A stretch of 39,941 nucleotides of DNA from Limisphaerales bacterium (GCA_044225505.1 JBGAIN010000071.1:1-39941), one strand, 5' to 3'; positions 1-11,114 are shown, counted from the first letter of the stretch. Numbers and translations are program-made. The notes: generated by a model not told the origin, from the letters alone.

Positions 1-342
1 CTAGCGAGGCGGTGCCTCAGACCTGTTCCGCTTTATCATTCTGGTTGTTTCAATCAAATCGGGGCCTCCGTTCCACCGCCTCGCTAAATGGAATCCTTGC
101 GAAATACGGGTCAAACCAAACTTGACTCCAAGGCACGAAGTTTCGGAGATCAAGGATTCTAGTGTGGTGACCGCTCGTCTTTCCACGGCGGTAATTGGTT
201 CGCCAACGCGAACAAACCTCGTTGTCGGGTGGGGCACCAAGCGATTTTAAGGCGATCCCTGATACCGAGCCCGAAGCGGAGCCCCTATATTCCCGAGTCA
301 ACTCAGGCGCGGTGATAACGCGTTTTCATTGAACCGGATCCC

Positions 343-3300
343 ATGAAGAAGAAGAATTCCAACGGCGAGATGCTCACGCCGGATAGCCGGGAAATTCCCG
401 CTGTGCCCCTACGCACGAAGCGGGGGGCGGACGAGACCACCCTGGATCCACTCGTCCTGCTGGATGCGTTAGTCGCCGTGCGGAACGGCAACTTCACCGT
501 TCGACTGCCCTCGCAGTGGATGGGAATCTACGGGCGAATCGCCGATGCGTTTAACGATATTCCTGTCAAGCCAACCAGATGATATGCAAGATCTGGAGCG
601 GTCAGTTTCCAGAGTGGTGGGCAAAGAAGGCAAAGTAAATCAACGAGCGAATTTCCGAGCGTCTCGAGCGTGGCGCCATGGAAGACCGTCAACACGCCGA
701 TCACGGGATTCGGTCTGGTCTACCACCGAAGTCACTCGAACCATTGGAGCCGTGGCCAAGGGCGATCTTTCCCAAACGATGTCGCTCGAAATGGAAGGTC
801 GCCCGCTCCAAGGCGAGTTCCTGCGCAGTGCCAAACTGGTGAATACGATGATCGGGCAGCTCAGTGTGTTCACCGGAAGCGACCGTGTGGCTCGGGAAGT
901 CGGAACGGAAGGCAAGCTCGGCGGTCAAGCGCAGGTGAAAGACGTCGCAGGCGTTTGGAAAGACCTGCACCGACAATGTCAATATGATGGCAGGCAACCT
1001 CACGGCCAAGGCGGAATATCGCCGAGGTCACCATTGCCGTGGCCAACGGCGACATCAAGAAGATCACGGTCGATGTGCGCGGTGAATTCTCCAGTTGAAG
1101 AGGCCATTAGTCACCCATGGTCGATCAGCTCCCGCTCTTTCGCGGCCGAAGTGACGCGGGTGGCTGGGAAGTCGGAACGGAAGGCAAGCTCGGCGGTCAA
1201 GCGCAAGTCCCCGGCGTCGCGGGAACTTGGAAAGATCTCACCGATTCCGTCAACTCCATGGCCAGCAACCTCACGACCAAAGTCCGCAATATTGCCGAAG
1301 TGGCGACGGCGGTGGCGCGGGGGACACTTTCCGCAAGATCACGGTGGATGTCCAGCGAGATCCTCGAGCTCAAGAACACGATCAACACCATGGTCGATCA
1401 GTTGAACGCGTTTGCGGCGGAGGTCACCCGCGTGGCTCGGGGAAGTCGAACGGAAGGCAAGCTCGGCGGTCAAGCGCAAGTCCCGGGTGTTGCGGGCACG
1501 TGGAAAGACCTCACATCGACAACGTCAACTCCATGGCCGAAAGCAATCTTACCGATCAAGTCCGAACATCGCGGATGTCACCATTGCCGCGGGCGCACGG
1601 CGACTTGTCCAAGAAGATCACGAAGTCGATGTGCGCGGTGAGATTCTCCAGTTGAAACAGGCCATCAACACCATGGTCCGATCAACTCCGCTCCTTCATG
1701 GCCGGGGTGACCCGTGTGGCCCGGGAAGTCGGAACGGAAGGCAAGCTCGGCGGCCAAGCGATCGTTCCCCGGTGTCGCGGGCACCTGGAAAGATCTCACC
1801 GACTCGGTCAACGCCATGGCGACCAACCTCACGTCCCAAGTCCGGAATATTGCCGAAGTCACGACGGCGGTGGCGCGGGGGGACCTTTCCCGCAAGATCA
1901 CGGTGGATGTCAAAGGGGAGATCCTCGAGCTCAAGAACACAATCAACACCATGGTCGATCAGTTGAACGCCTTTGCGGCGGAGGTCACCCGCGTGGCTCG
2001 GGAAGTCGGAACGGAAGGCAAGCTCGGTGGTCAAGCGCAAGTCCCGGGTGTCGCGGGCACGTGGAAAGACCTCACCGACAACGTCAATTCCATGGCCAGC
2101 AATCTCACGGCCCAGGTGCGGAATATCGCGGATGTCACCATTGCGGTGGCGAACGGCGACTTGTCCAAGAAGATCACGGTCGATGTGCGCGGTGAGATTC
2201 TGCAGTTGAAAGAGGCCATTAACACCATGGTCGATCAACTCCGCTCCTTCGCGGCCGAGGTAACCCGTGTGGCCCGGGAAGTCGGAACGGAAGGCAAGCT
2301 CGGCGGTCAAGCGATCGTTCCCGGCGTCGCGGGCACCTGGAAAGACCTCACCGACTCAGTCAACGCCATGGCGACGAATCTGACCGCCCAAGTGCGGAAT
2401 ATCGCCGGAGTGACTACCGCCGTCGCGCGGGGTGACCTTTCCCGCAAGATCACGGTGGATGTCAAAGGGGAGATCCTCGAGCTCAAGAACACGATCAACA
2501 CCATGGTCGATCAGTTGAACGCGTTTGCGGCGGAGGTCACCCGCGTGGCTCGGGAAGTCGGCACTGCCGGCAAGCTCGGGGGTCAAGCGCAAGTTCCGGG
2601 TGTCGCGGGCACCTGGAAAGACCTCACGGATAATGTGAACGTGATGGCCGCAAATTTGACGGACCAAGTTCGTGGCATCGTCAAAGTGGTGACGGCGGTG
2701 GCCAACGGAGATCTCACGCAGAAGCTGACTGTCATGGCGAAAGGGGAAGTCGCGGCGCTGGCCGAGACGATCAACAACATGACCGATACGCTGGCGATTT
2801 TTGCAGAACAAGTCACAACGGTGGCTCGCGAGGTGGGTGTGGAAGGCCGGTTGGGAGGGCAAGCCCACGTCCCGGGGGCGGCGGGCACATGGAAAGATTT
2901 GACCGCCAACGTGAACTTGCTGGCGGCGAACTTGACGAACCAAGTGCGCGCCATCGCGGACGTCGCCACGGCGGTGACAAAAGGCGATTTAACGCGATCG
3001 ATTCAAGTGGAAGCGCGTGGTGAAGTTTCCGACCTCAAGGACAACATCAACGCCATGATCAGTAACTTGCGCGATACGACACAACGCAACGCCGAACAGG
3101 ACTGGCTGAAGACGAACATCGCGAAGTTCACTCGTATGCTCCAAGGACAGCGCGATTTGCTCACGGTCGGCCGCATGCTCTTGTCCGAATTGGCTCCGCT
3201 CGTCAACGCCCAGCAAGGCGTCTTTTTTAAGATGGAAGGCGACGATCCGGAATTGCAGCTCAAGCTCCTGGCGAGCTATGCGCACCGCCATCGGGGGACC

Positions 3301-5802
3301 GTCGGTGAAATGGTGCACTTGGGCGAAGGCCTCGTGGGACAGTGTGCATTTGAGAAGAAGCCCATTCACCTCACCGGAATTGAAGCTCCGGATTTTTCCA
3401 TCAGTTCGGGATTAGTGGACACCAAACCTCAAAGTATTGTGGTGTTGCCGGTGCTTTTTGAGGGTCAAACCAAGGCGGTCATTGAACTGGCTTCCATCGG
3501 CACCTTCACCGCCACGCATCTGGCGTTCCTGGAACAGCTCACCGAGAGTATCGGCATTGTCTTGAACACCATCGAGGCCACCATGCGAACGGAAGGACTT
3601 CTCAAGCAATCTCAACAACTCGCCAGCGAACTGCAGACCCGCCAAACGGAATTGCAGCGCACGAACGAGGAGTTGGCCGAGAAGGCCCGTCAGTTGGCCG
3701 ATCAGAACGCCGAGGTCGAACGTAAGAATCGCGAGATCGAACAAGCCCGGCGCGCTTTGGAAGAAAAGGCGGCCGAACTGGCGCTCACCTCGAAGTATAA
3801 GTCCGAGTTCCTGGCGAACATGTCGCACGAACTACGGACGCCGCTCAATAGCATCCTGATTCTGGGCCAGCAACTCAGCGACAATCCCAACGGCAATCTC
3901 ACCAGCAAACAGGTGGAGTTCGCAAAAACGATTCATAGCGCCGGAACAGACCTGCTCAACCTGATTAATGACATCCTGGACCTTTCTAAAATCGAGTCCG
4001 GAACGGTAACCGTCGAACCCGAAGAAGTGACCTTCCATTCCATTCGCGACACGGTGGAACGGAACTTCCGGCACGTGGCGGAAACGAGAAACCTGGGATT
4101 CTTGATTTCGGTGGACTCGGCGTTGCCACGGAATTTGACAACGGATACGAAGCGCTTGCTGCAGGTGTTAAAGAACCTGTTGTCCAACGCTTTCAAGTTC
4201 ACCTCGCAAGGGCACGTCAGTTTCTCCATCTCCTTGGCCACCCACGGGTGGACACAAGATCATCCCCTGCTCCGGCGCACTCCATCCGTGGTTGCGTTTC
4301 AAGTGACGGACACAGGCATTGGCATCCCACCGGAAAAGCAACGCATCATCTTTGAAGCGTTTCAGCAAGCGGACGCCGGGACGAGTCGCAAGTACGGAGG
4401 AACCGGTCTGGGTCTGGCGATCAGTCGCGAACTGGCCAGCCTGCTTGGCGGTGAGATTCGCTTGGTGAGCCGCCCGGGAGAAGGCAGCACCTTCACCCTT
4501 TACCTGCCGCAATCTTACATCGGGCCGACCGTTGTTAAAGCCACGGAATCGTCCCGTTCCATGGTCAAAGTCCTGCCCACGCCCACGGTGGAGATAGTTC
4601 CCGACGACCGGGAACTGGTGCGGCCGGACGACTCCGTGTTGCTCATTATCGAGGATGATCCTCACTACGCTCGTGTCTTGCTCAATCTGGCGCGGGATAA
4701 AGGATTTAAAGGGGTCGTGGCGAGCCGCGGCAATCTCGCCCTCTCGCTGGCCCGCGAGTTTGCTCCGGCCGCCATCAGCTTGGATATTTTCCTTCCTGAC
4801 ATGCTCGGGTGGACGGTGCTGAGTCACCTGAAGAAAGATCCGGTGACCCGCCATATTCCCGTGCAAATTGTAACGATCGAAGAGGAGCGCCATCACGGGC
4901 TGGAGCGCGGCGCGTTCTCTTACCTGAACAAGACGGTCACGCCGGAGGAATTATCCGTCGCCTTTGATCGGATGCAGGAGTTCACCAAGCGAAAAACGAA
5001 ACGCCTCCTGGTCGTGGATGATGACGAGAGGGAACGCAATAGCATGCTGGAGTTGCTCGGGCATGGCGACGTCGAGATCGTGACCGTGGGCACGGGCAAA
5101 GCAGCCTGGGACGCCATCAATGACCAAGCCTTTGATTGTGTCGTCCTTGACTTGCGCTTACCCGACATCTCCGGGTTTGAACTGCTTGAGAAGGTTCAGG
5201 GCGAACCGACGCTGCACGAGCTCCCAATTGTTGTATTTACCGGGAAAGAACTTTCCTTGGATGAAGAAGTGCAATTGCGGAAAATAGCCAAGAGCATTAT
5301 CATCAAGGGTGTCCAGTCTCCCGAACGCCTGTTGGATGAAACCGCGCTGTTCCTGCATCGGGTCACCACGAACTTGCCTCCTGAAAAGCAGCGCATGCTC
5401 GAGCGGTTGCACAACACCGATGAAGCGTTGGCTGGGCGCAAAGTGCTCGTGGTAGACGACGACGTCCGGAATATCTTCGCGCTTACGGGACTGCTGGAAC
5501 GTCATGGCATGCACGTCGTAAGCGCGACGAATGGACGCGAGGCGATCAACATTCTCAATGCCACACCCGACGTCGCCTTTGTGCTCATGGATATCATGAT
5601 GCCGGAAATGGATGGCTACGAGACCATCCGTGCCATCCGTAAGAATCCACAGCATAAACTGCTGCCGATGGTCGCACTCACCGCTAAAGCCATGAAAGGC
5701 GACCGTGAAAAATGTTTGGAAGCGGGCGCTTCGGACTACATCGCGAAACCGGTGAACACAGAACAACTCCTCTCGCTCATGCGCGTCTGGCTTCACCGAT
5801 GA
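343..5802 (+). CDS. Poly-HAMP hybrid sensor histidine kinase (HAMP array-GAF-HisKA-HATPase-3xREC); 5' ~1.4 kb broken by several single-base indels
   Basis: About eight 92-aa repeats containing G(T/V)xG(K/R)LGGQA at ~276-bp spacing, spread over ORFs 343, 545, 1117, 1412 and 1714. H-box [15 protein letters not shown]-box [10 protein letters not shown] boxes DTGIGI and GGTGLGL. Three receivers ([42 protein letters not shown]). No TM segment seen. Confidence 0.93.
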
Positions 5803-7106
5803 ACCACCCCGCTTCATGGGCTGGCGAGAGCGAGCACACCACGACCAAAGCCCTCGTGGACTATCGGCTTCCTGCCGTTGGAACCGATCTGGGCTCGCCG
5901 CCCCTCGCCAGCGCTGCGCTGACCGGGCCGCAGTTGGGTTCAGACGAGCGCGTCAACATCCTGATCGTTGATGATGCTCCAGGGAAGCTGGTGGCCCATG
6001 AATCTGTCCTGTTGAACCTGGGCGAGACGGTGGTTAAAGCCACCTCCGGGCGAGAAGCGTTAGAGCAGTTACTCAAGCGCGACTTTGCGGTCATTCTCCT
6101 GGATGTAAACATGCCCGACATGGACGGCTTTGAAACGGCCGCCATGATTCGGCAGCGGCCGCGATTTGAGCACACCCCTATTATATTCATCACGGCCTAC
6201 AACACGACCGATCTGGACCGGTTGAAGGGCTACGATATCGGAGCGGCTGATTACATTTTCCTGCCGGTGATTCCTGAGGTGTTAAAGGCCAAGGTCCGGG
6301 TCTTCGTCGAATTGGCCAAGCAGCGGCGCATCATCGAGAAGCAAGCCACGGCGCTCGCCGCCCAAAACGAACAACAACTCCTCCAGATTCGGATTATCCA
6401 GGATCTGAATGCCCGATTGAAAGCGGCGAACGAAGAGTTGGAAGCGTTCTCGTATAGTGTCTCGCACGATCTGCGAAGCCCCTTGCGCGCCATGCAAGGT
6501 TACGCCCACGCCGTGCTCGAAGACTACGCCAGTCAAATCGATCCTCAAGGAGTGGAGTACCTCCAACGGATCGAGAAAGCGGCCGTTCGCATGGACGGCC
6601 TCGTCCAGGACGTTCTGGCTTACAGCCGGCTAGCCAAAGCTGAAATCGAAATTCGTCCGGTGGATCTCAACACTCTGCTCGAGGAGATCGTCCGCGACAG
6701 TCGCGGCTTGGCCCAAGCCCAAGCTCGCGTGTCGATTCGAAAACCGATGCACTCCGTGCTCGGTCATGAAGCCTGCCTGACGCAATGCCTCTCCAACCTC
6801 TTGGAGAACGGTGCCAAGTTCGTCCCACCGGGCAAAACGCCCGAAATCGAAGTTTGGACTGAGCAGTGCGAAAACAGAGTCCGGATCTGGGTCTCAGACA
6901 ATGGCATCGGAATCGATCCGGCGCACCATCATCGCATCTTTCAGATGTTCGGCCGCGTGCATGATAGCAGCACTTACGAGGGAAGTGGCATGGGCCTGAC
7001 GATCGTCAAGAAAGGGGTCGAACGCATGGGAGGAGCCCTCGGTTTGGAGTCGGACCTAGGGCGAGGCAGTCGTTTCTGGATCGACCTCGTGGCGGGTAAT
7101 CTCTAG
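5799..7106 (+). CDS. REC-HisKA-HATPase histidine kinase (Cph1/BphP-type transmitter, no photosensory domain)
   Basis: ATG at 5799 overlaps the upstream stop (ATGA). Receiver [18 protein letters not shown]-box [35 protein letters not shown]. Confidence 0.92.
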   Translation: MNHPASWAGESEHTTTKALVDYRLPAVGTDLGSPPLASAALTGPQLGSDERVNILIVDDAPGKLVAHESVLLNLGETVVKATSGREALEQLLKRDFAVILLDVNMPDMDGFETAAMIRQRPRFEHTPIIFITAYNTTDLDRLKGYDIGAADYIFLPVIPEVLKAKVRVFVELAKQRRIIEKQATALAAQNEQQLLQIRIIQDLNARLKAANEELEAFSYSVSHDLRSPLRAMQGYAHAVLEDYASQIDPQGVEYLQRIEKAAVRMDGLVQDVLAYSRLAKAEIEIRPVDLNTLLEEIVRDSRGLAQAQARVSIRKPMHSVLGHEACLTQCLSNLLENGAKFVPPGKTPEIEVWTEQCENRVRIWVSDNGIGIDPAHHHRIFQMFGRVHDSSTYEGSGMGLTIVKKGVERMGGALGLESDLGRGSRFWIDLVAGNL

Positions 7107-7110
7107 GCGT

Positions 7111-7548
7111 ATGGCAACCGCTGCCAACCTGCTTTTGGTCGAAGACAACGAGGATGATGTCTTCCTCATGGTGCGTGCCATGAAGAGTGCGGCGGTGGAT
7201 TTGCCACTGCAAATCGTGACGGACGGCCGTCAGGCGATGGATTACCTCTTGGGCGTTGGGCCTTATGCGGACCGCGCCTCGCATCCGAGTCCGACCCTGA
7301 TCTTTCTCGACATCAAACTGCCACAAATGTCCGGATTGGAAGTGCTGCGATGGTTACGCAACCAATCCGAGTATCGCCGAACCATCGTGATCGTGCTGAC
7401 ATCGTCCAATCATCCTGGCGATATCCGGGAAGCCTATGACCTGGGAGCAAACTCTTATGTCGTCAAACCCGCTAGCTTCCAGCAACTGGCGGACTTTGCG
7501 AAAGCGTTTAAAAACTACTGGCTGGCCTGCAATCGTCCACCTGGGTAA
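7111..7548 (+). CDS. Single-domain response regulator, Rcp1-like
   Basis: LLVEDNEDD, LIFLDIKLP, VLTSS..DI..AYDLGANSYVVKP and a C-terminal YWL tail, typical of Rcp1-type receivers. Confidence 0.92.
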   Translation: MATAANLLLVEDNEDDVFLMVRAMKSAAVDLPLQIVTDGRQAMDYLLGVGPYADRASHPSPTLIFLDIKLPQMSGLEVLRWLRNQSEYRRTIVIVLTSSNHPGDIREAYDLGANSYVVKPASFQQLADFAKAFKNYWLACNRPPG

Positions 7549-7593
7549 TATTGCAATCGTCTAACCGAAGCCCACTTTGCCATCGAGGCACGC

Positions 7594-7989
7594 GTGCCCA
7601 AAGAACTTCCAGAAGCCATTGCCCGGTTTATTCGCCGTTATATCGTTTCCCTGGAACAGCTGGAATTGCTGCTGCTTTTAAGTTCTGCACCGAAACATGC
7701 CAAAACGGTTCAGGCGCTTTACGACGAAATTCGAAGCAATCCCGAGTCCATCCGGCGGCGCTTGGATCAACTGGTCGCGCAAGGCCTGGTCCAGGTCACA
7801 AGTGATGCCGTGCCGCGCTATCAATACAATCCAGGCACACCCGAACTTCACGCTGCCGTCCAACAACTCGCGATTGCCTACAAAGAACACCGTGTCCAGG
7901 TCATCGAACATATTTTCGCGGAACCGCCGTCCCCAATCCAGGGGTTTGCGGACGCGTTCCGCATAAGAAAAGACCCATCGAATGGCTGA
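7594..7989 (+). CDS. Hypothetical winged-helix-like protein
   Basis: GTG start, 131 aa. HTH-wing pattern (TVQALYDEI..PESIRRRLDQLVAQGLV..RYQY) and C-terminal FADAFRIRK. Overlaps the next gene by 8 bp. Confidence 0.75.
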   Translation: MPKELPEAIARFIRRYIVSLEQLELLLLLSSAPKHAKTVQALYDEIRSNPESIRRRLDQLVAQGLVQVTSDAVPRYQYNPGTPELHAAVQQLAIAYKEHRVQVIEHIFAEPPSPIQGFADAFRIRKDPSNG

Positions 7990-8239
7990 AACCGTCTATA
8001 TCCTTTGCGCCGCCACCAGTCTGGGTTGCGCCATTATGCTCCTCCGAGGTTACCGCCAAGCTCCGACTCGCCTCCTGTTCTGGAGTTGCGCTTGTTTTGC
8101 ATGTTTCGCGCTGACCAACACTTTGCTGTTCGTGGACCTCGTGCTTATCCCAGACCTGGATCTATCACTCATTCGCAACGGCATTACGCTGGTCGGCCTG
8201 CTAATGCTTCTCTACGGGATGATTTGGGACACCGTTTAA
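7982..8239 (+). CDS. Small 3-TM membrane protein, DUF5985-like
   Basis: 85 aa, three hydrophobic segments, VYILCAATSLGCA..LLRGY..RLLFWS motif. Translationally coupled to the upstream gene. Confidence 0.8.
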   Translation: MAETVYILCAATSLGCAIMLLRGYRQAPTRLLFWSCACFACFALTNTLLFVDLVLIPDLDLSLIRNGITLVGLLMLLYGMIWDTV

Positions 8240-8243
8240 GTTC

Positions 8244-8519
8244 ATGAATACGAGTCTCTGGGCCATCGCCATTGGAGGCGCCCTTATCCTCGCTTACGGG
8301 GTCGCTGGCCTTTTCTTCCTGCGGTTCTGGGTAAGAACTCGGGACCGGCTCTTTGCCATCTTTGCGACCGCTTTTTGGGTCCTCATGATTGAACGTCTGC
8401 TTCTCGTGAGCGCCCGTTCCAGTGCTGAAGTCTCCCCCTACATTTACACCGTTCGACTCGTCGCATTCCTGTTGATCATACTCGCGATCGTGGATAAAAA
8501 TCGAAAAAAACGGCTGTGA
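8244..8519 (+). CDS. Small 3-TM membrane protein, DUF5985-like (second paralog)
   Basis: 91 aa, GLFFLRFW.RTRDRLF..FA.AF and RLVAFLLIILAIVDKN motifs. Starts 4 bp after the previous stop. Confidence 0.8.
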   Translation: MNTSLWAIAIGGALILAYGVAGLFFLRFWVRTRDRLFAIFATAFWVLMIERLLLVSARSSAEVSPYIYTVRLVAFLLIILAIVDKNRKKRL

Positions 8520-8618
8520 AAATCGTGTAATCTCTCTGGGCACTTTCAGAGCTTCCTTGCCTGAGGATTCAGCGAACCGCCCCCATTGTCCGGTGGTCTT
8601 CGAGCGTTAGGCTGTTTT

Positions 8619-8891
8619 ATGAGAGGTACTCTGACGATATTCGGGGCGGCCTGGGTCAGACCAGCGCTCGTCGCCATGACGCTACTCTGTTCAAGTCTCG
8701 GTCGGAATTCAATCGGAGACAGCACCGATCTGCGGGATCCTTGTGAGTTGAAGGCGCTGGACGCCTACGCCCAGGCCCTGCGACTTTGTCAATTCGAGCA
8801 GAACGCAAATCCGCGCCTCCGCTGCTATGAAACAGCGCGGCAAGTCTATTTGCAGACCCTGGAAGAATGCCGCCAGGTTGCTCCGCGGTAG
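8619..8891 (+). CDS. Small putative exported twin-CX14C helical protein
   Basis: Hydrophobic N-terminus, C-x14-C-x11-C-x14-C pattern with an internal repeat. Stop lies 1 bp from the convergent BON gene stop. Confidence 0.5.
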   Translation: MRGTLTIFGAAWVRPALVAMTLLCSSLGRNSIGDSTDLRDPCELKALDAYAQALRLCQFEQNANPRLRCYETARQVYLQTLEECRQVAPR

Positions 8892-8892
8892 G

Positions 8893-9243
8893 TCACTTCT
8901 TGCCGCTGGCCGCTGCCGCGTTGACTTCAAGCTCGTTCTGGACGGATTGCACCCCCGGGAACGCCCAGACGATCTTCTCCGCGCGACTTTTTTGCGCCTC
9001 GGTCGCGACCGATCCGCGAATCCGCATCGCTCCCTTGAAACCATCCACCGTGATCGGAAATTGCAGCAACTCACGATCGGCCGCGAACAGGTTCGATGAC
9101 TGACGGATAATTTCCGGCGTCATATCGATACGACGCGCCACTTTACGTTCGGGATTGGCACACGCTGGGAGCGCCATCAAGGCGATTAAACCGATCGTAG
9201 ACCCAACCACGCGGAGTTTGAATCGCCCAAAGAAGATACCCAT
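8893..9243 (-). CDS. BON-domain lipoprotein (OsmY-like)
   Basis: Lipobox LPAC after a hydrophobic stretch. BON pattern ITVDGFKGAMRIRGSV..AEKIVWAFPGVQSVQNELEV. Confidence 0.85.
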   Translation of the reverse strand: MGIFFGRFKLRVVGSTIGLIALMALPACANPERKVARRIDMTPEIIRQSSNLFAADRELLQFPITVDGFKGAMRIRGSVATEAQKSRAEKIVWAFPGVQSVQNELEVNAAAASGKK

Positions 9244-9257
9244 ACGACAAATCGTCC

Positions 9258-9599
9258 TTAGAATTTAATCGAAAACAAAATCACGCCTTGCACCTTGTCC
9301 GTCCCCGGATAATAGGAGATGTTCTCAACGTCTTTCTGGGGATCGATCGGCGCCTTTAAATTAAACAAAGGTCGCTTTTTCTCGGCCCGCGCGAAATCCG
9401 TCAAATATCCGCCGTAAACGACTTTCTTCCCAAGGATTTGGTCGGTGGGCTTCGGGGGCGTGACTGCGGGCTTCTTCTCGGGCTTGTCCTTCTTGACCGA
9501 CTGCACCTCGGCCAAGGTTTGTCCTCCCTTGGCGTCTTGACCGAGACTCACCAGCGCAGAACTCGCGAGGATACCCAAGAGCAAGGAAATCTTTTTCAT
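9258..9599 (-). CDS. Hypothetical exported protein
   Basis: ATG at 9599 gives a classic signal peptide MKKISLLLGILASSALVSLG. Ends in beta-strand-like GVILFSIKF, 14 bp before the BON gene. Confidence 0.7.
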   Translation of the reverse strand: MKKISLLLGILASSALVSLGQDAKGGQTLAEVQSVKKDKPEKKPAVTPPKPTDQILGKKVVYGGYLTDFARAEKKRPLFNLKAPIDPQKDVENISYYPGTDKVQGVILFSIKF

Positions 9600-9746
9600 A
9601 CAAGTTGTTCGTGTTTTAGGTAAGCAGTTCCCGGGGAAAAAGCCACTGCGAAAACGACGACGCCGACAAAATTCGTAAGGCCGCGTCGATCTCAGGAATC
9701 GCGGCGGACCCAGGGACGACCATCTGGCACGCCCCGCCAGAAGACG

Positions 9747-9761
9747 GCAATAGCCATGCCA
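9747..9761 (-). promoter_or_regulatory. Sigma54 (RpoN) -24/-12 promoter candidate for the 9599/BON pair
   Basis: Minus strand reads TGGCAT-GGCTA-TTGC, matching TGGCAC-N5-TTGC with exact spacing, ~150 bp upstream of the ATG. Confidence 0.6.
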
Positions 9762-10233
9762 ATGTGTGAAGGGCCTCAACCGCTTGTCCGAGACGGCTCC
9801 ATCTTCCTGGTTTACTCCGCGAGCGGCAGCGGGACGATTGGTTTGCGAAAGGACATATTCAAAAAGTAGTACGGTCGACCTACGTCGGTTCCGGCCTTAA
9901 TGACGTGCCAGGCTTTCAGGACCAAGGTCAGCCTCTGATCAAGAGCAAGTATGGAGGAGTGGGCGGGCATGAATTAAAGTGGGTGAGGTCAGCCGCAATA
10001 TCTTCCACGGGGCGCGGCGATGGCGAGTCCGACGAAGCCTAGCCGCAGCAGCGCCGCATCCGCGAAAACACCTCGTGTGGTTCGAGGAGCTCATGAAAAG
10101 GCGGAAATTCTGCGGCTGGTCTGACGACACAGCCGCGGTCCTTAATCTCACCCCAATTTAATCACACCCGGAGTGGGCCCAGAAGCCGAAGCCGCATTGA
10201 TTTTTTGCCCAGACCTGTTTTGCTAGCCGGTCC

Positions 10234-11114
10234 ATGGCTGCCGCGTTAGCGAGAACCAATTGGCGACGTGAATTGAAGACCTTGCTGATCCTAGGCCGGG
10301 TCTCGAACTTGCCCACCGTTTGGTCCAATTGCTTGGCTGGTTGGCTATTGGGGGGCGGCGGAAGCGCCGGGCGCTTCGCCCTGCTCTGCGCTGGAGCTTC
10401 CTCTTTGTAATCAGCGGCATGTTCCTCAACGATGCGTTCGACGCTGAATTTGACCGACAGTTCAGAAAGGAACGCCCAATCCCGTCGGCTCTCATCGCAC
10501 CGAGCAAAGTCTGGGGGTGGGGTTTCGGATGGCTTGCAGCTGGACTGCTATTGTTGAGCTTGCTCGGAAGGGACACCCTGGCTTGTGCGCTGATTCTTTC
10601 TGGAGCGATCGTCCTCTACGATGGGATTCACAAGGCCATCACCCTTTCACCGATCGTGATGGGGCTGTGCCGGTTTCAGCTCTATCTGGTGGCAAGTTCA
10701 GCAGCCGTGCACGGAATCACGGGCCTCTCTCTTTGGAGTGGCGCGGTGCTGGCATCGTACGTCGTTGGGATCAGCTATATCGCGCGGAAGGAGTCCTCAG
10801 GAGTCGCCGTCCGGTTCTGGCCCATTTCTTTGCTGGTGACTCCCATCGTTCTGGCTTGGATCGTCAACGAAGGACCCTACAAACTCCGCGCGCTTTGTCT
10901 GGCGATTCTCCTCGTTTGCTGGATCCTTCGGTGCCTGCGCGACACTTACTGGAGCCCCACTCGCAGCATCGGCCGCACGGTCGCTGGCCTTCTGGCCGGA
11001 ATTTGTCTGATTGACCTCCTGGCTGTCGCCGGAGGCACTCCAGCGACAGCCAGTCTGTTTCTTACATTCTTCATTGCCGCTTTGCTCTGTCAGCGGTTTA
11101 TTCCCGCGACCTAG
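10234..11114 (+). CDS. UbiA-family prenyltransferase (EboC-like); one frameshift near 10410
   Basis: From ATG 10234: LGRVSNLPTVWSNCLAG. After a 1-base deletion: SGMFLNDAFDAEFD..ERPIPS (NDxxD motif), then YD and MGLCR. Multiple TM helices. Confidence 0.82.

Noticed and set aside
343..1770. Programmed frameshifting or a true pseudogene at the kinase 5' end
   Set aside because: Indels are numerous and irregular, with no slippery site seen; read error in a repeat is the simpler explanation.
5712..5798. Longer N-terminus for the second kinase
   Set aside because: Overlaps the upstream gene by 90 bp; ATG 5799 gives a standard ATGA coupling.
640..5817. Many antisense and alternate-frame ORFs over the kinase, some repeating each other
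   Set aside because: Shadows of a GC-rich repetitive coding strand; their repetition mirrors the HAMP units.
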